The notes: a model not told the origin generated them from the sequence alone. A DNA stretch of 64,000 bases from Syntrophorhabdaceae bacterium (GCA_963665295.1 OY762209.1:4960001-5024000); one strand, 5' to 3'. Positions 26,321 to 36,865 are shown, counted from the stretch's first letter. Translations and numbers: made by a program.

Positions 26321-27619
26321 TTACCCTGCGGCCACTTTGTGCGCCAGACGCTGGAAGCGGTGCTCCAGGGCGATGCGTTCGGCGTTGTTCAGGTGTTTGG
26401 CATCACTCAAGAGGTTCTGCACGATCTCCAGGGCTTTTTCAGGTTCCCGGGTGTGGTGTTCGTAGAACTTGGCGAGCTCTTCGACGGCAAAGACGTCGCG
26501 GGAGTTTGATGCCAAAAGATGTTGCCACAGTTTTGCGGCTTCTTCCCAGCGATGGGCTTTCTTGTGAATGAGAGAGAGGAAACGCCTCGCGCCCGTCGCC
26601 ACCTCGGGGCGATGAGACAATACCAAGGCTTCCAGGAGCCTTCCGGCTCTTTCCGAGTCGCCACGTTCGTGGATTAATGCCGCCAGCTTGAGGAGGTCGC
26701 CGTGGTGGCCGTGGGTCATGGCTTCGCTTCCTTCCACGAGGTCGGCCAGATATTTCAGGAGTGACGCCATGGAGATGACATCCAGTTTGTTGTGGAGGAA
26801 CACGTCTTCCAGAAGCCTCCCGTCGCGATGGTGGAGCCAGTCGAAATAGCGCTGGGGGATTTCGAAGCCGGGCACGTCGCCGTCGCGCCTCACCCCCAGC
26901 ACCTCCGCCTCGATGGTGGAGAGGCGTGCGTTTTCCAGGCGGTGCGCAAGCATCCTCCTGCTCGGGTGGAGGAGGTCGATGTGGGGCAAAGTTGACAGGG
27001 TGTCCCTGCAACGATTGAGGATAAACCGCGTCGCAAGGAGGTTCAGGTCAAAGGTCTTACCGTTGAAGGTCACAAGAAAGTCCTTCCCGGAGGCGAGCTC
27101 GCTGAGATAGGTGAGCATGGCCCTTTCCTCGGAAAAATCCCGGGCAAAGAGCTGGCATGTAACGAAGGAATCCGTCTCGAACCATCCGAGCCCGATCAGG
27201 AAGGGGAATGTCCCTGTGCCGCCTGCGAGGCCGGTGGTCTCCGTGTCGAGGAAGAGGCCGCCCGTTATGGACAGGCCGTTAAGTGACTGATGGCCGGTAA
27301 GGAAGGCCGCCGCCGCCATACTGGGACAGGCCAACTCACCGATGCGGCAATGCCCGTGGGCATCGTTCGCGCTCAAGGCGCAACGGGACATGAAGAAATT
27401 GCCCGAGGGTGTCCGGGCTTCCTCACCTGTGATAACGGCATCGAGGGGCGCCGCGCCCCGTCGCACCCCGGGAACCCTCGGCGGGACAATGCGCTCCCGC
27501 CGGTTCATGACGTTGTCTATCTTCTTCCGAAGCTCGCTTATTCCTGCGGGCTCGGCGTCGGTTTTGGAAGGTTTGTCCGTTTCATTGACGAGGCGGCTTA
27601 AGCGGTCCTTGAGACTCAT
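26321..27619 (-). CDS. mrfB: RNase H-like (DnaQ-type) exonuclease with C-terminal TPR, MrfB/YprB-like
   Basis: LFLDTETTGL..G.GT, VTFNGKTFD, HIDLLH, HNKLD motifs. Start MSLKDRL overlaps the helicase stop (ATGA). Confidence 0.8.
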   Translation of the reverse strand: MSLKDRLSRLVNETDKPSKTDAEPAGISELRKKIDNVMNRRERIVPPRVPGVRRGAAPLDAVITGEEARTPSGNFFMSRCALSANDAHGHCRIGELACPSMAAAAFLTGHQSLNGLSITGGLFLDTETTGLAGGTGTFPFLIGLGWFETDSFVTCQLFARDFSEERAMLTYLSELASGKDFLVTFNGKTFDLNLLATRFILNRCRDTLSTLPHIDLLHPSRRMLAHRLENARLSTIEAEVLGVRRDGDVPGFEIPQRYFDWLHHRDGRLLEDVFLHNKLDVISMASLLKYLADLVEGSEAMTHGHHGDLLKLAALIHERGDSERAGRLLEALVLSHRPEVATGARRFLSLIHKKAHRWEEAAKLWQHLLASNSRDVFAVEELAKFYEHHTREPEKALEIVQNLLSDAKHLNNAERIALEHRFQRLAHKVAAG

Positions 27620-29982
27620 TGCCCGTCTACCAGCGCGAGATCGAGGATCTGCACCGCCGCGTTCTTGGCCGAGGGCCCCACCTCCAGCAATGGTCCCACG
27701 CACATGGGGCACCCGTACTCACACCCGCATGAGGTGATGACGGAGCGCACGGCGCGCATAAGCTCATTGTGCCTTTCGAAGAGGTTCTCCGAAAACCCGA
27801 TACCACCGGGATAGGCGTCGTAGATAAAGACCGTCGGATCGTAGGCGTTTTCCATGACATTCACGGGCTCGTTCGGGCTTGCCGTGATGACCCTGTTGTT
27901 GCTTCCCCGGCGCACGTACCATTCACCGCTCTTGTCGCCGATACACCAGTTCACGTCACGGATATCCGACATGACGAGCATGGCCGACATATGATGGAGG
28001 CAGTATGCGAGCCCCGCAAGGCCGTCCACGATTTCCAGGCGGCTCACCGGCAGTGAATTGAGGAGGTCCCAGGGGATGGTAAACCAGTAACTCGTGGTAT
28101 GCATCTCTTTCTGGGGCAGGTCCACGTCGCCGTAACCCACGTTTTCCGAGGTATAGAACTTGATCTTCTTATAGCCCACCACCTTGCTCGACACCTGGAC
28201 CTCGCCATGCTCGACGATGACCCTGCCTTTCATCTTCTTGTCAAAGTCCTCGATGACGCGGACGCTGGTGTAATTCATGGCATCCGTGTAGTAATCCACA
28301 TCCACCTTTCTCACATACGCCTTCTTGCGCTCCAGGTCGAGCTTGTCCACGTGGTATTGCTGGGACTCCACCATGTAGATGGCGCCATCGTGGACCGTAG
28401 TGAAGGCGCTGTCCCAGTCCACCTCGGCGATCACCCTATGACTTCCCGTCTCCGTGGTATCCACGACAACGATATTTTCGGTGCTGATGGTCCTCAAGCT
28501 CACTTCATCTGCGGGATAGCTCTCCGCCGCCCAGTGCCAGCGCTGGTCCACACGGTGGAGCACACCCTTCTCCTCCAGGTAGGCCAGGAGTTCCATGAGG
28601 TCCTCCTTGCCGAACCGCTCACCTTCCTCAAAGGGCAGCTCAAAGGCCGCGCTCTTGATATGGTGGAGCAGGATCAGCAGGTTGTCCGGGTTTACCCGGC
28701 AATGCTCCGGAGAACGGGCAAAGAAGTAGTCCGGGTTCTCCACGATGAACTGGTCCATGGGGTTGCTCTTTGCAATGAGGATTGCAAGGCTGTGGCCGGT
28801 CCTGCGGCCCGCCCTGCCGGCCTGCTGCCAGGTGCTCGCAATGGAGCCCGGATAGCCGACCATGATGCACGCCTCGAGGTCGCCTATGTCGATGCCCAGC
28901 TCAAGGGCGTTCGTGCTTACCACGCCCATGACGCTCCGCTCTCTGAGACCCTTTTCGATCTCTCGCCTGAGATTGGGCAGATAACCGCCCCGGTAGCCCG
29001 TCACATAGTGGTCATTCGAGGGGATTCTCCCCCTGAACTGGTCCTTGAGGTACTTGGTGAGCACTTCCACGTTCAGCCTGCTCGTGGTGAAGGCAATGGT
29101 CTGTATCTTGTTGTCGATAAGGTCGCTCGCTATCTTCCGCGCCGGCGTCAGGGCCGACTGGCGTATGCCCAGTTCCCTGTTTAAAATAGGCGGGTTGTAG
29201 AGAATGAAGGTCTTGGCCGACCTTGGCGCGCCGCTTTCGTCGATAAGTACCACTTCCTTTTCCAGGAGGTCCTGCGCATGCTCCCCGGGGTTGGCCACCG
29301 TGGCAGTGCAGCAGATGAACACAGGGTCCTGCCCGTAAAAACGGCAAACCCTCTTCAGACGCCTGAACACGTTGGTCACGTTGCTGCCGAAAACCCCGCG
29401 ATACACGTGAAGCTCGTCTATCACCACGTATTTCAGGTTGGAAAAGAGTTTCTGCCATTTGGTGTGATGGGGGAGAATGCCCGCATGGAGCATATCCGGG
29501 TTGGTGACCACCACATTACCCTGCTTGCGGATAGCCTGTCTCGCATCGTCCGGGGTGTCGCCGTCATAGGTGAAGGTCTTGATGTTCGCCTTGAGTTGTC
29601 CGATGAGACCGTGAACCTCGGTCATCTGGTCATTGGCAAGGGCCTTCGTGGGGAAAAGGTAGATAGCTCTGGTCTCGGGTTCTTCGAGGATTCTCTGGAG
29701 CACGGGGATGTTGTAGCACAGGGTCTTGCCGCTCGCCGTGGGCGTGACAAGGACCACATCCTTGCCCTGGCGCACGAGGTTTATGGCGCGGGCCTGGTGG
29801 CTGTAAAGCCTTGCGATGCCCCGGTCAACAAGGACCTTCCGCAGGGCCGGGTCTATCCAGTCGGGGTATTCGGCAAAGCTGCCCTCCGAAGCAGGGATAT
29901 GCTTGATACACGTTGCGTTCTCCCGGAAGCGCCTGTCGGTCTCCGCGCGGGCCAGCCATTCCGAAAGGGTCAAGCGAGCCAT
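27616..29982 (-). CDS. mrfA: DEAH-box helicase with C-terminal DUF1998 Zn domain, MrfA/YprA/Hrq1-like
   Basis: LYSHQ, TPTASGKT, PTKALA.DQ, IDELH, YRGGY, TNALELGIDIG, QQAGRAGR, C-terminal CGCEYGCPMC. Confidence 0.88.
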   Translation of the reverse strand: MARLTLSEWLARAETDRRFRENATCIKHIPASEGSFAEYPDWIDPALRKVLVDRGIARLYSHQARAINLVRQGKDVVLVTPTASGKTLCYNIPVLQRILEEPETRAIYLFPTKALANDQMTEVHGLIGQLKANIKTFTYDGDTPDDARQAIRKQGNVVVTNPDMLHAGILPHHTKWQKLFSNLKYVVIDELHVYRGVFGSNVTNVFRRLKRVCRFYGQDPVFICCTATVANPGEHAQDLLEKEVVLIDESGAPRSAKTFILYNPPILNRELGIRQSALTPARKIASDLIDNKIQTIAFTTSRLNVEVLTKYLKDQFRGRIPSNDHYVTGYRGGYLPNLRREIEKGLRERSVMGVVSTNALELGIDIGDLEACIMVGYPGSIASTWQQAGRAGRRTGHSLAILIAKSNPMDQFIVENPDYFFARSPEHCRVNPDNLLILLHHIKSAAFELPFEEGERFGKEDLMELLAYLEEKGVLHRVDQRWHWAAESYPADEVSLRTISTENIVVVDTTETGSHRVIAEVDWDSAFTTVHDGAIYMVESQQYHVDKLDLERKKAYVRKVDVDYYTDAMNYTSVRVIEDFDKKMKGRVIVEHGEVQVSSKVVGYKKIKFYTSENVGYGDVDLPQKEMHTTSYWFTIPWDLLNSLPVSRLEIVDGLAGLAYCLHHMSAMLVMSDIRDVNWCIGDKSGEWYVRRGSNNRVITASPNEPVNVMENAYDPTVFIYDAYPGGIGFSENLFERHNELMRAVRSVITSCGCEYGCPMCVGPLLEVGPSAKNAAVQILDLALVDGQ

Positions 29983-30203
29983 GGGCCCTCGATAAAGATA
30001 CCCCTGAAATAGCGGATATCCTCCTGCCGCCGGTCGAAATTACCCTTCCCGGCACAGGGTACATTCCTGCTTTCCTGCACATAATTCATACTACAGTTAA
30101 ACGTTTCTTTAGTCATTTGATCAAGCTTTTTTTGCGTGGTTCGCGGCGGAACCGGGGGCGGACGCCCCCGGGAAAAACAGCAGGTCTCAATCGAGGGCGG
30201 ACG

Positions 30204-31838
30204 TCATATCTTGAAGGTCTGAACCGTCCCCTGCAGGCTCGTTGCGAGCCCCGAAAGTCCCATGGCCGCCTCGGATATCTCTTCCGACGATCCGAGGGTC
30301 TCTTTCGTCACGTCGGAGATGTGGTTTATGTCCCGTGTGATCGTTTCCGTGGTGGCGCTCATTTCCTCTATGGCGGTGGCGGTCTGCTGGATACCGGAGT
30401 AAAGGCCGTCAATGCTCGTAATGATATCCTCAAGGGCGGTTTCGGCCTGTGATGAAAACTCCACTCCTGCCGCGACATTCATTTTTGCCTTGTCCATGGA
30501 CTCGACGGTCTTTTCCACGCCCGTCCTGATGGCGCCGATCATGGCCCCTATCTCCGTGGTGGAAGCAGAGGTCCTTTCGGCAAGTTTCTTCACTTCGTCG
30601 GCCACGACTGCAAAGCCCCTTCCGTGTTCACCCGCCCTTGCGGCCTCGATGGCGGCGTTCAGGGCGAGCAGGTTCGTCTGGTCCGCTATCTCGTTGATGG
30701 TAGTCACTATATCGCCGATCTGCTCCGACTGCTGGCCCAGGGCCTTCACGAACTCGGACGCGGTCTCCACCGTGCCCGCAATGAGGTTGACTTCGTTGAT
30801 GGCTTTGTGGACGATCCCCTGTCCGCCTTTCGCGATCTTCACCGTCTCGCCCGCCGATTCCGATATCCTGTTGGAATTTTTCGCGATGTCTTCCGTAGCC
30901 TGGCTCATCTGGGTGGAGGCCGTCGCGATCTGGGTAGCCCTTTCCACCTGTTCCGACGCCCCTTCCGAAAGTTTCTCCGCGAAGGCCCTCAGTTGGGTGC
31001 TCGCGGACGCCACATTCGTCGCCGAGGAGAGCATGTCCGAGATTATCCGCCTGAGGTTGTTGTTCATTGCATCCATCGATCTGGCAAAGATACCCATTTC
31101 GTCCTTTCTCTTCGTGGCATGCTCGGAAACAGGTATGGAGAAGTCGCCCTTAGCCATGAGGTCTATGTGGGACGAGGATCGGATGACCGGCACCGTGATA
31201 CTGCGCGTGATCCGCAGGGAAAGGAGCGCCCCTATGAGAAGGGTCAGGGCCCCGAGAACTATGAATACCGCGTAGACCGTGAGAGCGTTCTTTTTCGCCT
31301 CGGCGTACCTGAAATCCGTCCTTTTCTCATTGTACGTGACGATGGCATCAACTGCACCCATGTAATCGTCCACCGACTTGATAAGACCTGCGTACTTCTC
31401 CGAGGCTTCCTCACGGGTCCCCGACATACCCGTTTCAATGGCGCCGTTATTCGCTTCACTGCCCCTCTTAACCTCGTTCTTCAGTTTGGCGATAAGGTCC
31501 TTTCCCTCCTGGTTAATCTCGAGGGCTTCGAGCCGTCCCAGCGATTCCTTATATTTTCCCCTTAATTCGCCAATTTTCTTCTTCGCCGCTTCTTTGGCGG
31601 CCATGTCCTTTGTCGTCGCAATCTCCCCCACCAGATAGGTAATGGTCCCGAAAGCGCCCTTGATTTCGTTGGCGCATTTGAGTTTTGCGTTATTCACCAC
31701 TACAATCCGCTCCAGATTGGCGTTGACCCCCATGAGGCAGACCATTCCCGTGATCACGATCACCACCATAAGCGCCCCGGTGATCCCGAACCCTATCGCA
31801 AGTCTCTTCCCTATCTTTACGTTGGTAAAAAGCGTCAT
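30204..31838 (-). CDS. Methyl-accepting chemotaxis protein (four-helix sensor, HAMP, signalling domain)
   Basis: Two TMs, HAMP domain, [33 protein letters not shown]; probable ATG at 31838 with GGAG RBS. Confidence 0.95.
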   Translation of the reverse strand: MTLFTNVKIGKRLAIGFGITGALMVVIVITGMVCLMGVNANLERIVVVNNAKLKCANEIKGAFGTITYLVGEIATTKDMAAKEAAKKKIGELRGKYKESLGRLEALEINQEGKDLIAKLKNEVKRGSEANNGAIETGMSGTREEASEKYAGLIKSVDDYMGAVDAIVTYNEKRTDFRYAEAKKNALTVYAVFIVLGALTLLIGALLSLRITRSITVPVIRSSSHIDLMAKGDFSIPVSEHATKRKDEMGIFARSMDAMNNNLRRIISDMLSSATNVASASTQLRAFAEKLSEGASEQVERATQIATASTQMSQATEDIAKNSNRISESAGETVKIAKGGQGIVHKAINEVNLIAGTVETASEFVKALGQQSEQIGDIVTTINEIADQTNLLALNAAIEAARAGEHGRGFAVVADEVKKLAERTSASTTEIGAMIGAIRTGVEKTVESMDKAKMNVAAGVEFSSQAETALEDIITSIDGLYSGIQQTATAIEEMSATTETITRDINHISDVTKETLGSSEEISEAAMGLSGLATSLQGTVQTFKI

Positions 31839-31991
31839 GTCTCCACCCTCCGAGGTAAGATGTCCCGTCATTCTTTTCATGGCCGCGGAGTCACGGACAC
31901 TACGCCCCGGGGCCCCGGCTTTCCCTGTTCTATCCCGCATATGAGGCGGAATCGACACTACTTTCAAAAAGCCGTCATGAACTCTTTTCTA

Positions 31992-32018
31992 ATATCGGCA
32001 TGGAAACGTAAATCTTTA
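31992..32018 (-). promoter_or_regulatory. sigma28 (FliA) promoter of the MCP gene
   Basis: Minus strand TAAA-N15-GCCGATAT versus consensus TAAA-N15-GCCGATAA. Confidence 0.75.
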
Positions 32019-32022
32019 GCTT

Positions 32023-32883
32023 TTATTCCGGCTCAGGGGCCGGGCTCCGTCCGAAGGGCTTCTGCAGGCCGCGGTGGTGCGGCTTCGGGGCACGCTTAGT
32101 CTTTGAAAGCATCGACTCGAGGCGGACCATCTTCACATGGGTCGCACCCGTTTCATCAGGCGGGAAAACCGCGGTATAGGCATCCACCGCCTCCTGGATG
32201 AACCCTTCCCTTAACTCCACCGGGAGCCGCTCCGTAAAGGGGAACCACGTGGTCCTCATCCATGCAACAAGCCCAGCCTTGTCCCGGTGGACCATGTCCT
32301 TGTGCACCAGTTCGATACGGGCCGCTCTGAGCCCCGTCTCTTCCAACCATTGCGCGTATTCCTCCGGACCGTAAAAAAAATAGGGAAACGGGAAGTCCCG
32401 GAAATACCCCGCCCATTCGGGACGATGCAGAACAGTGTCTACGGCCTGGACTATGTCATGGGCGTTTCCCCTTCCGCCGGTGGTTATTATCGATCTCCCG
32501 CCCGGCAGCAGGACGCGGGAAACTCCGGCAAGGACTGCCCTCTGGTCTTCGATCCAGTGAAGGGCGGCACTCGAAAATACAAGGTGAAACCGGCAGGGAA
32601 GGTCGATACGGCACGCGTCCATTTCCACGAACGAGAGCCGGGGGTGCGACGTGGGCGGGAAGGCGTCTTTCGCGTAACGGATCATCTCAGGAGAACTGTC
32701 TATCCCCGTCACGGACCCCGCCGGCACGCTGCCCAGGAATTCGGCGGTCACCTTCCCGTCTCCGCACCCGATATCGAGGACATTTTCGTCCCCGGAAAAA
32801 TGCAAACCAACGATCATTTCCCGCGCCCACGCAAGCTGTACCGACGATGACTGTGCATAATCCTCCGCGTTCCACGTTGCCAT
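32023..32883 (-). CDS. Class I SAM methyltransferase (trans-aconitate methyltransferase-like)
   Basis: WNAEDY, VLDIGCGDG, GIDSSPEM, VFSSAALHW motifs. Confidence 0.85.
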   Translation of the reverse strand: MATWNAEDYAQSSSVQLAWAREMIVGLHFSGDENVLDIGCGDGKVTAEFLGSVPAGSVTGIDSSPEMIRYAKDAFPPTSHPRLSFVEMDACRIDLPCRFHLVFSSAALHWIEDQRAVLAGVSRVLLPGGRSIITTGGRGNAHDIVQAVDTVLHRPEWAGYFRDFPFPYFFYGPEEYAQWLEETGLRAARIELVHKDMVHRDKAGLVAWMRTTWFPFTERLPVELREGFIQEAVDAYTAVFPPDETGATHVKMVRLESMLSKTKRAPKPHHRGLQKPFGRSPAPEPE

Positions 32884-33068
32884 TCAAGAACCTCCTTTTT
32901 CCGTTACTTTCCTCCCATCGCGTCACCCGCTTCGGCCCGGCCCGTTTCTTGCGGCTCAAAGGCCGTTGAGTTCCCCCACGGAATCCTATATAGTATACCC
33001 CAATCACCCGGTATTGGGGAAACCCGGACAAGTGATTTTATTCCATCAGATGATCGGACGGTGTGGGC

Positions 33069-33806
33069 ATGGCTGACGACGTGACTGCAAAAGGCTGCGA
33101 CAACGACGAAAAGACGGAAGAGGTGAAGGAATTCTTCGACCACTGGCAGGTCTATCAGAAGATCCTCGACAACAACTACGCCCACCATCGTGAAATCAGC
33201 GCCGCTTTCCTCGACTTCCTGGTCTTGAGGTACAACAAACCCTTCACGCTCCTCGATTTCGGGTGCGGAGACGCGGGATTTATGACGTCGGTCCTCGGAC
33301 ATACCCTCATCAGCCATTACCAGGGGGTGGATCTTTCCGGTGTCGCCCTCACACTCGCGGAGCGGCATCTTGAATGCCTCGATTGCGAAAAGACGTTTAT
33401 CATGAGCGACTTCTTCACCGTGGTGGAGCACGAGGATACGATTGCCGACCTTATCTGGACGGGCCTCTCCTTTCATCATCTGTCCGAAGGTCAGAAAGAC
33501 CATTTTATCGGTCAGTGCCGGCGGGTCCTCGATCCGGGAGGGTGTTTCATGATCTTCGACCCTGTTATGAAGGATGATGAGAACCGGGAAGGCTTCCTCC
33601 GCCGATGGTGGGATGTGTGCAGAACCCGCTGGAACGCGCTTTCACCCGGCGAAAAAGAGGCAACCCGCGTGCATGTTTTCGACAACGACTACCCGGAGTC
33701 TATGGATGTCTTCAAAAGAATGGGCGAACGTCACGGCTTCAGCCATGTCCATTCCCTCTATTGCGATGAGGATGATATTTACAGGCTCATATGCCTGGAA
33801 AGGTAA
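33069..33806 (+). CDS. Class I SAM methyltransferase
   Basis: LLDFGCGDA, GVDLS, LSFHHL motifs. Confidence 0.85.
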   Translation: MADDVTAKGCDNDEKTEEVKEFFDHWQVYQKILDNNYAHHREISAAFLDFLVLRYNKPFTLLDFGCGDAGFMTSVLGHTLISHYQGVDLSGVALTLAERHLECLDCEKTFIMSDFFTVVEHEDTIADLIWTGLSFHHLSEGQKDHFIGQCRRVLDPGGCFMIFDPVMKDDENREGFLRRWWDVCRTRWNALSPGEKEATRVHVFDNDYPESMDVFKRMGERHGFSHVHSLYCDEDDIYRLICLER

Positions 33807-33810
33807 GGAG

Positions 33811-33969
33811 CATTTAAAGGGGCTTGCGTCGCCCCCTCCACGAGCAGAAGCTCATGGAGCCTCCCCTTCTCGCTTGCCGTGCAAGCTGACATTTAAAGGG
33901 GCTTGCGTCGCCCCCTCCACGAGCAGAAGCTCATGGAGCCTCCCCTTCTCGCTTGCCGTGCAAGCTGAC
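33811..33969. repeat. Exact 79-bp tandem duplication with internal hairpins (REP-like)
   Basis: Unit CATTTAAAGGGGCTTGCGTCGCCCCC...GCTTGCCGTGCAAGCTGA at 33811-33889 and 33890-33968. Confidence 0.95.
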
Positions 33970-33996
33970 GTGTTCTTTGACTGTGGGGTCTAACGA

Positions 33997-35319
33997 CTAC
34001 TTCTTGGCCATGGTGTCGAGAATTCTCATTACTTCCCGGGCTTCCTTGGTGTTTATGCCGTACCTATTCACTGCTTTCTCGAAGTTGGTCCGGGCGAGGT
34101 CTCCGTTTCCCATTACCACGTAGTATCTGCCGAGGTACTCGTACCCTACGCCTTCGTTTCCCATCATGCCGGCGAGCATGCCCACCTTGTTGTATATTTC
34201 GGGATAGCAGTTCGCATAGCTGAGCAGTGCCCTGTAATGGATAAACGCCCTCTCGCGGTCGCCTGCGCCCTCATAAGCCTTGGCAAGGAAGTAGCGGCTG
34301 ATGGGGTTGTAGTCGTCCTTGAGCACCTCGATAGCTTCCTTGAACCTCCGGGCCCTTACCAGAATTTCACCAAGGAAGAGGCTCTTGTAGGGTGAGTTGA
34401 TCTCGCTTATGATGCGCACCGCTTCCGTCTCCTCCCCCCTGAGACAATATATGAGGGCAGCGGCGTAGGCGTTCACGGGGTCTTTCTTGTCCCGGGCATA
34501 TCTCTTCAGCCACACTTCCTCGGTGCTGAGTCCCGGGGTTCCGTGAAGCACCTGGGCTCTCACCACGAGATAGGGGAAAAAGGAGGTATCAAGGCGGACC
34601 TTGCTGTCCCGCCACATGGATTCGATCTTGACAATCCTTTCGGCGTGGTTAGGGTGAGTGAGAAGATACCTGGGCACCATCCTGTTGTCGGAAGTCGCTC
34701 TAAGCTTCTTCAGGAACTCAGCCGTACCCCGGCCGCCATACCCGGCCTTATCGGCATTCTCCGCCCCCACACTATCCGCCTCTTCCTCGTTTTCCCTCGT
34801 ATAAGTGATCGACATCTGCTGGGCTCCCGCCAGACCGCTCGCGAGGATCGCCCCTTTACCCGCGGGGCTGGGGATCAGGGCAGCGGCAAGCATGGTGGCG
34901 AGGGTCCCCCAGTTCGCAAATTTCTGCTTTTCTATTGCCTTGGCCACGTGCCTCTTCGAGATGTGGGCAAACTCGTGGGCCAGCACCCCCGCAAGCTCCT
35001 CTTCCGTATCAGCCAGACCGATAAGGCCTGTGGTAATGAAAACGTAGCCGCCTATGGCTGCAAAGGCGTCTACCGAAGTCGAGTCAATGACGGTGAATAT
35101 AATGGGAAAGTCCAGGCTTGTGGACGCTTCGAGCCGTGCCGTCATGGCACGGAGGTAGAAGGACATGTACACGTCGTTATTGACGGGAACGGAGCGGGCT
35201 ATCTCGAAGTACATCTCTTTCCCGTACTTCTTCTCTTCCTCTATTGTTATTCCGAAAGTTCTTAAGGGGAGGCTTAGAATAAGAATCGCTATGAGGACTG
35301 CGAGTCTGGGTTTCATCAC
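33997..35319 (-). CDS. M48 metalloprotease with TPR (BepA/YfgC-like)
   Basis: Signal peptide; ELAGVLAHEFAH, E.EAD, YLLTHP...RI motifs; TPR C-terminus. Confidence 0.9.
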   Translation of the reverse strand: MMKPRLAVLIAILILSLPLRTFGITIEEEKKYGKEMYFEIARSVPVNNDVYMSFYLRAMTARLEASTSLDFPIIFTVIDSTSVDAFAAIGGYVFITTGLIGLADTEEELAGVLAHEFAHISKRHVAKAIEKQKFANWGTLATMLAAALIPSPAGKGAILASGLAGAQQMSITYTRENEEEADSVGAENADKAGYGGRGTAEFLKKLRATSDNRMVPRYLLTHPNHAERIVKIESMWRDSKVRLDTSFFPYLVVRAQVLHGTPGLSTEEVWLKRYARDKKDPVNAYAAALIYCLRGEETEAVRIISEINSPYKSLFLGEILVRARRFKEAIEVLKDDYNPISRYFLAKAYEGAGDRERAFIHYRALLSYANCYPEIYNKVGMLAGMMGNEGVGYEYLGRYYVVMGNGDLARTNFEKAVNRYGINTKEAREVMRILDTMAKK

Positions 35320-36305
35320 ACCTTGGCAGGTTTCTTGCCCTTCCTGGCTACGTGTTTTTTCTTCAGGTGTTTCTTCTTCACAAAATGCTTTTTCTTGTCG
35401 GCTTTCTTTCCGACGGAGGAGGTAGAGGTATCGTTTTTCTCCCGGACTGAGGCCGGCGCGCCGGTTTTCGCCCGGTATGACGTAAGAGTGATGGCGTGCG
35501 CTTTCGCAAGCCTTATCTCTTTGTCCGAAGGAAGTTGTTCATAGAGGTTTCTGAGGATATGTACCGAGTCCCCCCAGAGGTCCCTGCTGCCGAGGAGAGA
35601 GAGGATGTATTCCTTGCCGTCCTTTTCGAATGCGCCTACGTAACAATGTTTTGAAACCTGGGTAAATCCCGTCTTCCCCCCTACGGCGGGCTCAAAGCAG
35701 AAAAGGAACCTGTTGTGGTTCTTGTACCGCGTTGACCGTTGCCGGTCCTGAAACAGGAAGTACTTCGTCGATACGATCTCCCTGAACCTCTCATTGGCAA
35801 GGGCGTACCTGAACATGAGGGCAAGGTCATAGCATGTCGTGTACTGGCCCTCCACGTACAGGCCGGAGGCATTCTTGAAGTGGGTATTCTTCGCCCCTAT
35901 AGCCAGGGCTTTTTCATTCATAAGACGCGAGAAATTCTCCTCGCTCCCGCCGATGTAGGCGCCGATGGTATAGGCGGCATCGTTGGCCGATTCGATCATC
36001 GCCCCTTTCATGAGGTCCGCCGACGTATACTTGTTGCCCGGCACGAGGTGCAGCTTCGACCGGGGAAAAGCCAGGACATTACTGTCCGGCACTATTATCT
36101 CGTCTCCATTCAACCGTTCGATGGCGACGATGGTGGTCATCACTTTGGTGGTGCTTGCGGGTGGAAGCTTCCTGTCCCAGTCTCTGCCCGCTATGACATG
36201 GAAGGAGTCCTTTTCCACGAGGATGTATGACTTGGCGGTAATAGAATCGGCCGCAAAAAGACAAAAGGGGAAGATGATGAAAAGAAGCGAAATAATGTAT
36301 GTCAT
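35316..36305 (-). CDS. S11 D-alanyl-D-alanine carboxypeptidase/endopeptidase with Lys-rich tail
   Basis: PASTTK (SxxK), SAND (SxN), KTG motifs; probable ATG at 36305 followed by a signal peptide. Confidence 0.9.
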   Translation of the reverse strand: MTYIISLLFIIFPFCLFAADSITAKSYILVEKDSFHVIAGRDWDRKLPPASTTKVMTTIVAIERLNGDEIIVPDSNVLAFPRSKLHLVPGNKYTSADLMKGAMIESANDAAYTIGAYIGGSEENFSRLMNEKALAIGAKNTHFKNASGLYVEGQYTTCYDLALMFRYALANERFREIVSTKYFLFQDRQRSTRYKNHNRFLFCFEPAVGGKTGFTQVSKHCYVGAFEKDGKEYILSLLGSRDLWGDSVHILRNLYEQLPSDKEIRLAKAHAITLTSYRAKTGAPASVREKNDTSTSSVGKKADKKKHFVKKKHLKKKHVARKGKKPAKV

Positions 36306-36523
36306 GGCCCTCTTTTCTATTCTATAATTGTCTCTGTCGCGCAACATGTTTTTATGATATCACAATAGGCGGTAAATGGGAAGGATAGACGCGTATTTAT
36401 TGCATCCAGGCCCTTGCACGGCGCTGGTGGGCAGGAAACGGCCGTGGGCGCTCCGGCACAACGAAAAGGCAGGGCGGCCGCGAGTCATACATATATAACA
36501 GGCCGAAGGGCCGAGGAGAAGAG

Positions 36524-36865
36524 ATGTCACAGATCAAAGTGAGAGCGAAAAAGGATAAGGAACACAGGATAATCCCCGCTTCGGGCGTATGGGGCGGAGT
36601 CACTCCCCACGGCATGGTATACTTCGACGTGGTCCTGGAAAAGCCCGAGGCCCCTACTCTGACGGTAATCAATGTGGATGAAACCACCGGGGCGCGGGTC
36701 GAGGAGATCCGGGAGCCGGAAGAACCTATGGTGGAGCGCATCCTTATGGCGGGCATCCTCGTGAGACCGGAAATTGCGAGAGCAATAGGACACTGGCTCA
36801 TCGAAAAGGCCGACGAAGCGGAAGGGATCGCGAGGGCACAGATGCCTTCGGGCATGATGCAATAA
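36524..36865 (+). CDS. Hypothetical protein (possibly DUF3467-like)
   Basis: 113 aa; GAGGAG RBS; natural-looking composition. Family guess is weak. Confidence 0.6.
   Translation: MSQIKVRAKKDKEHRIIPASGVWGGVTPHGMVYFDVVLEKPEAPTLTVINVDETTGARVEEIREPEEPMVERILMAGILVRPEIARAIGHWLIEKADEAEGIARAQMPSGMMQ

Noticed and set aside
25850..26509. Short overlapping ORFs of 114, 134 and 175 aa over the structured region
   Set aside because: They overlap one another on both strands, lack clear RBS or motifs, and one overlaps mrfB antisense. Base-pairing explains the region better.
27616..29982. DUF1998 helicase as a DISARM or Druantia defence component
   Set aside because: Its partner is an RNase H-like/TPR MrfB-type protein, no methylase or drm genes are nearby, and composition matches the host. 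Repair is the simpler reading.
33811..33969. Possible mini CRISPR array
   Set aside because: The two 79-bp units abut with no unique spacer, and no cas genes are in the window.
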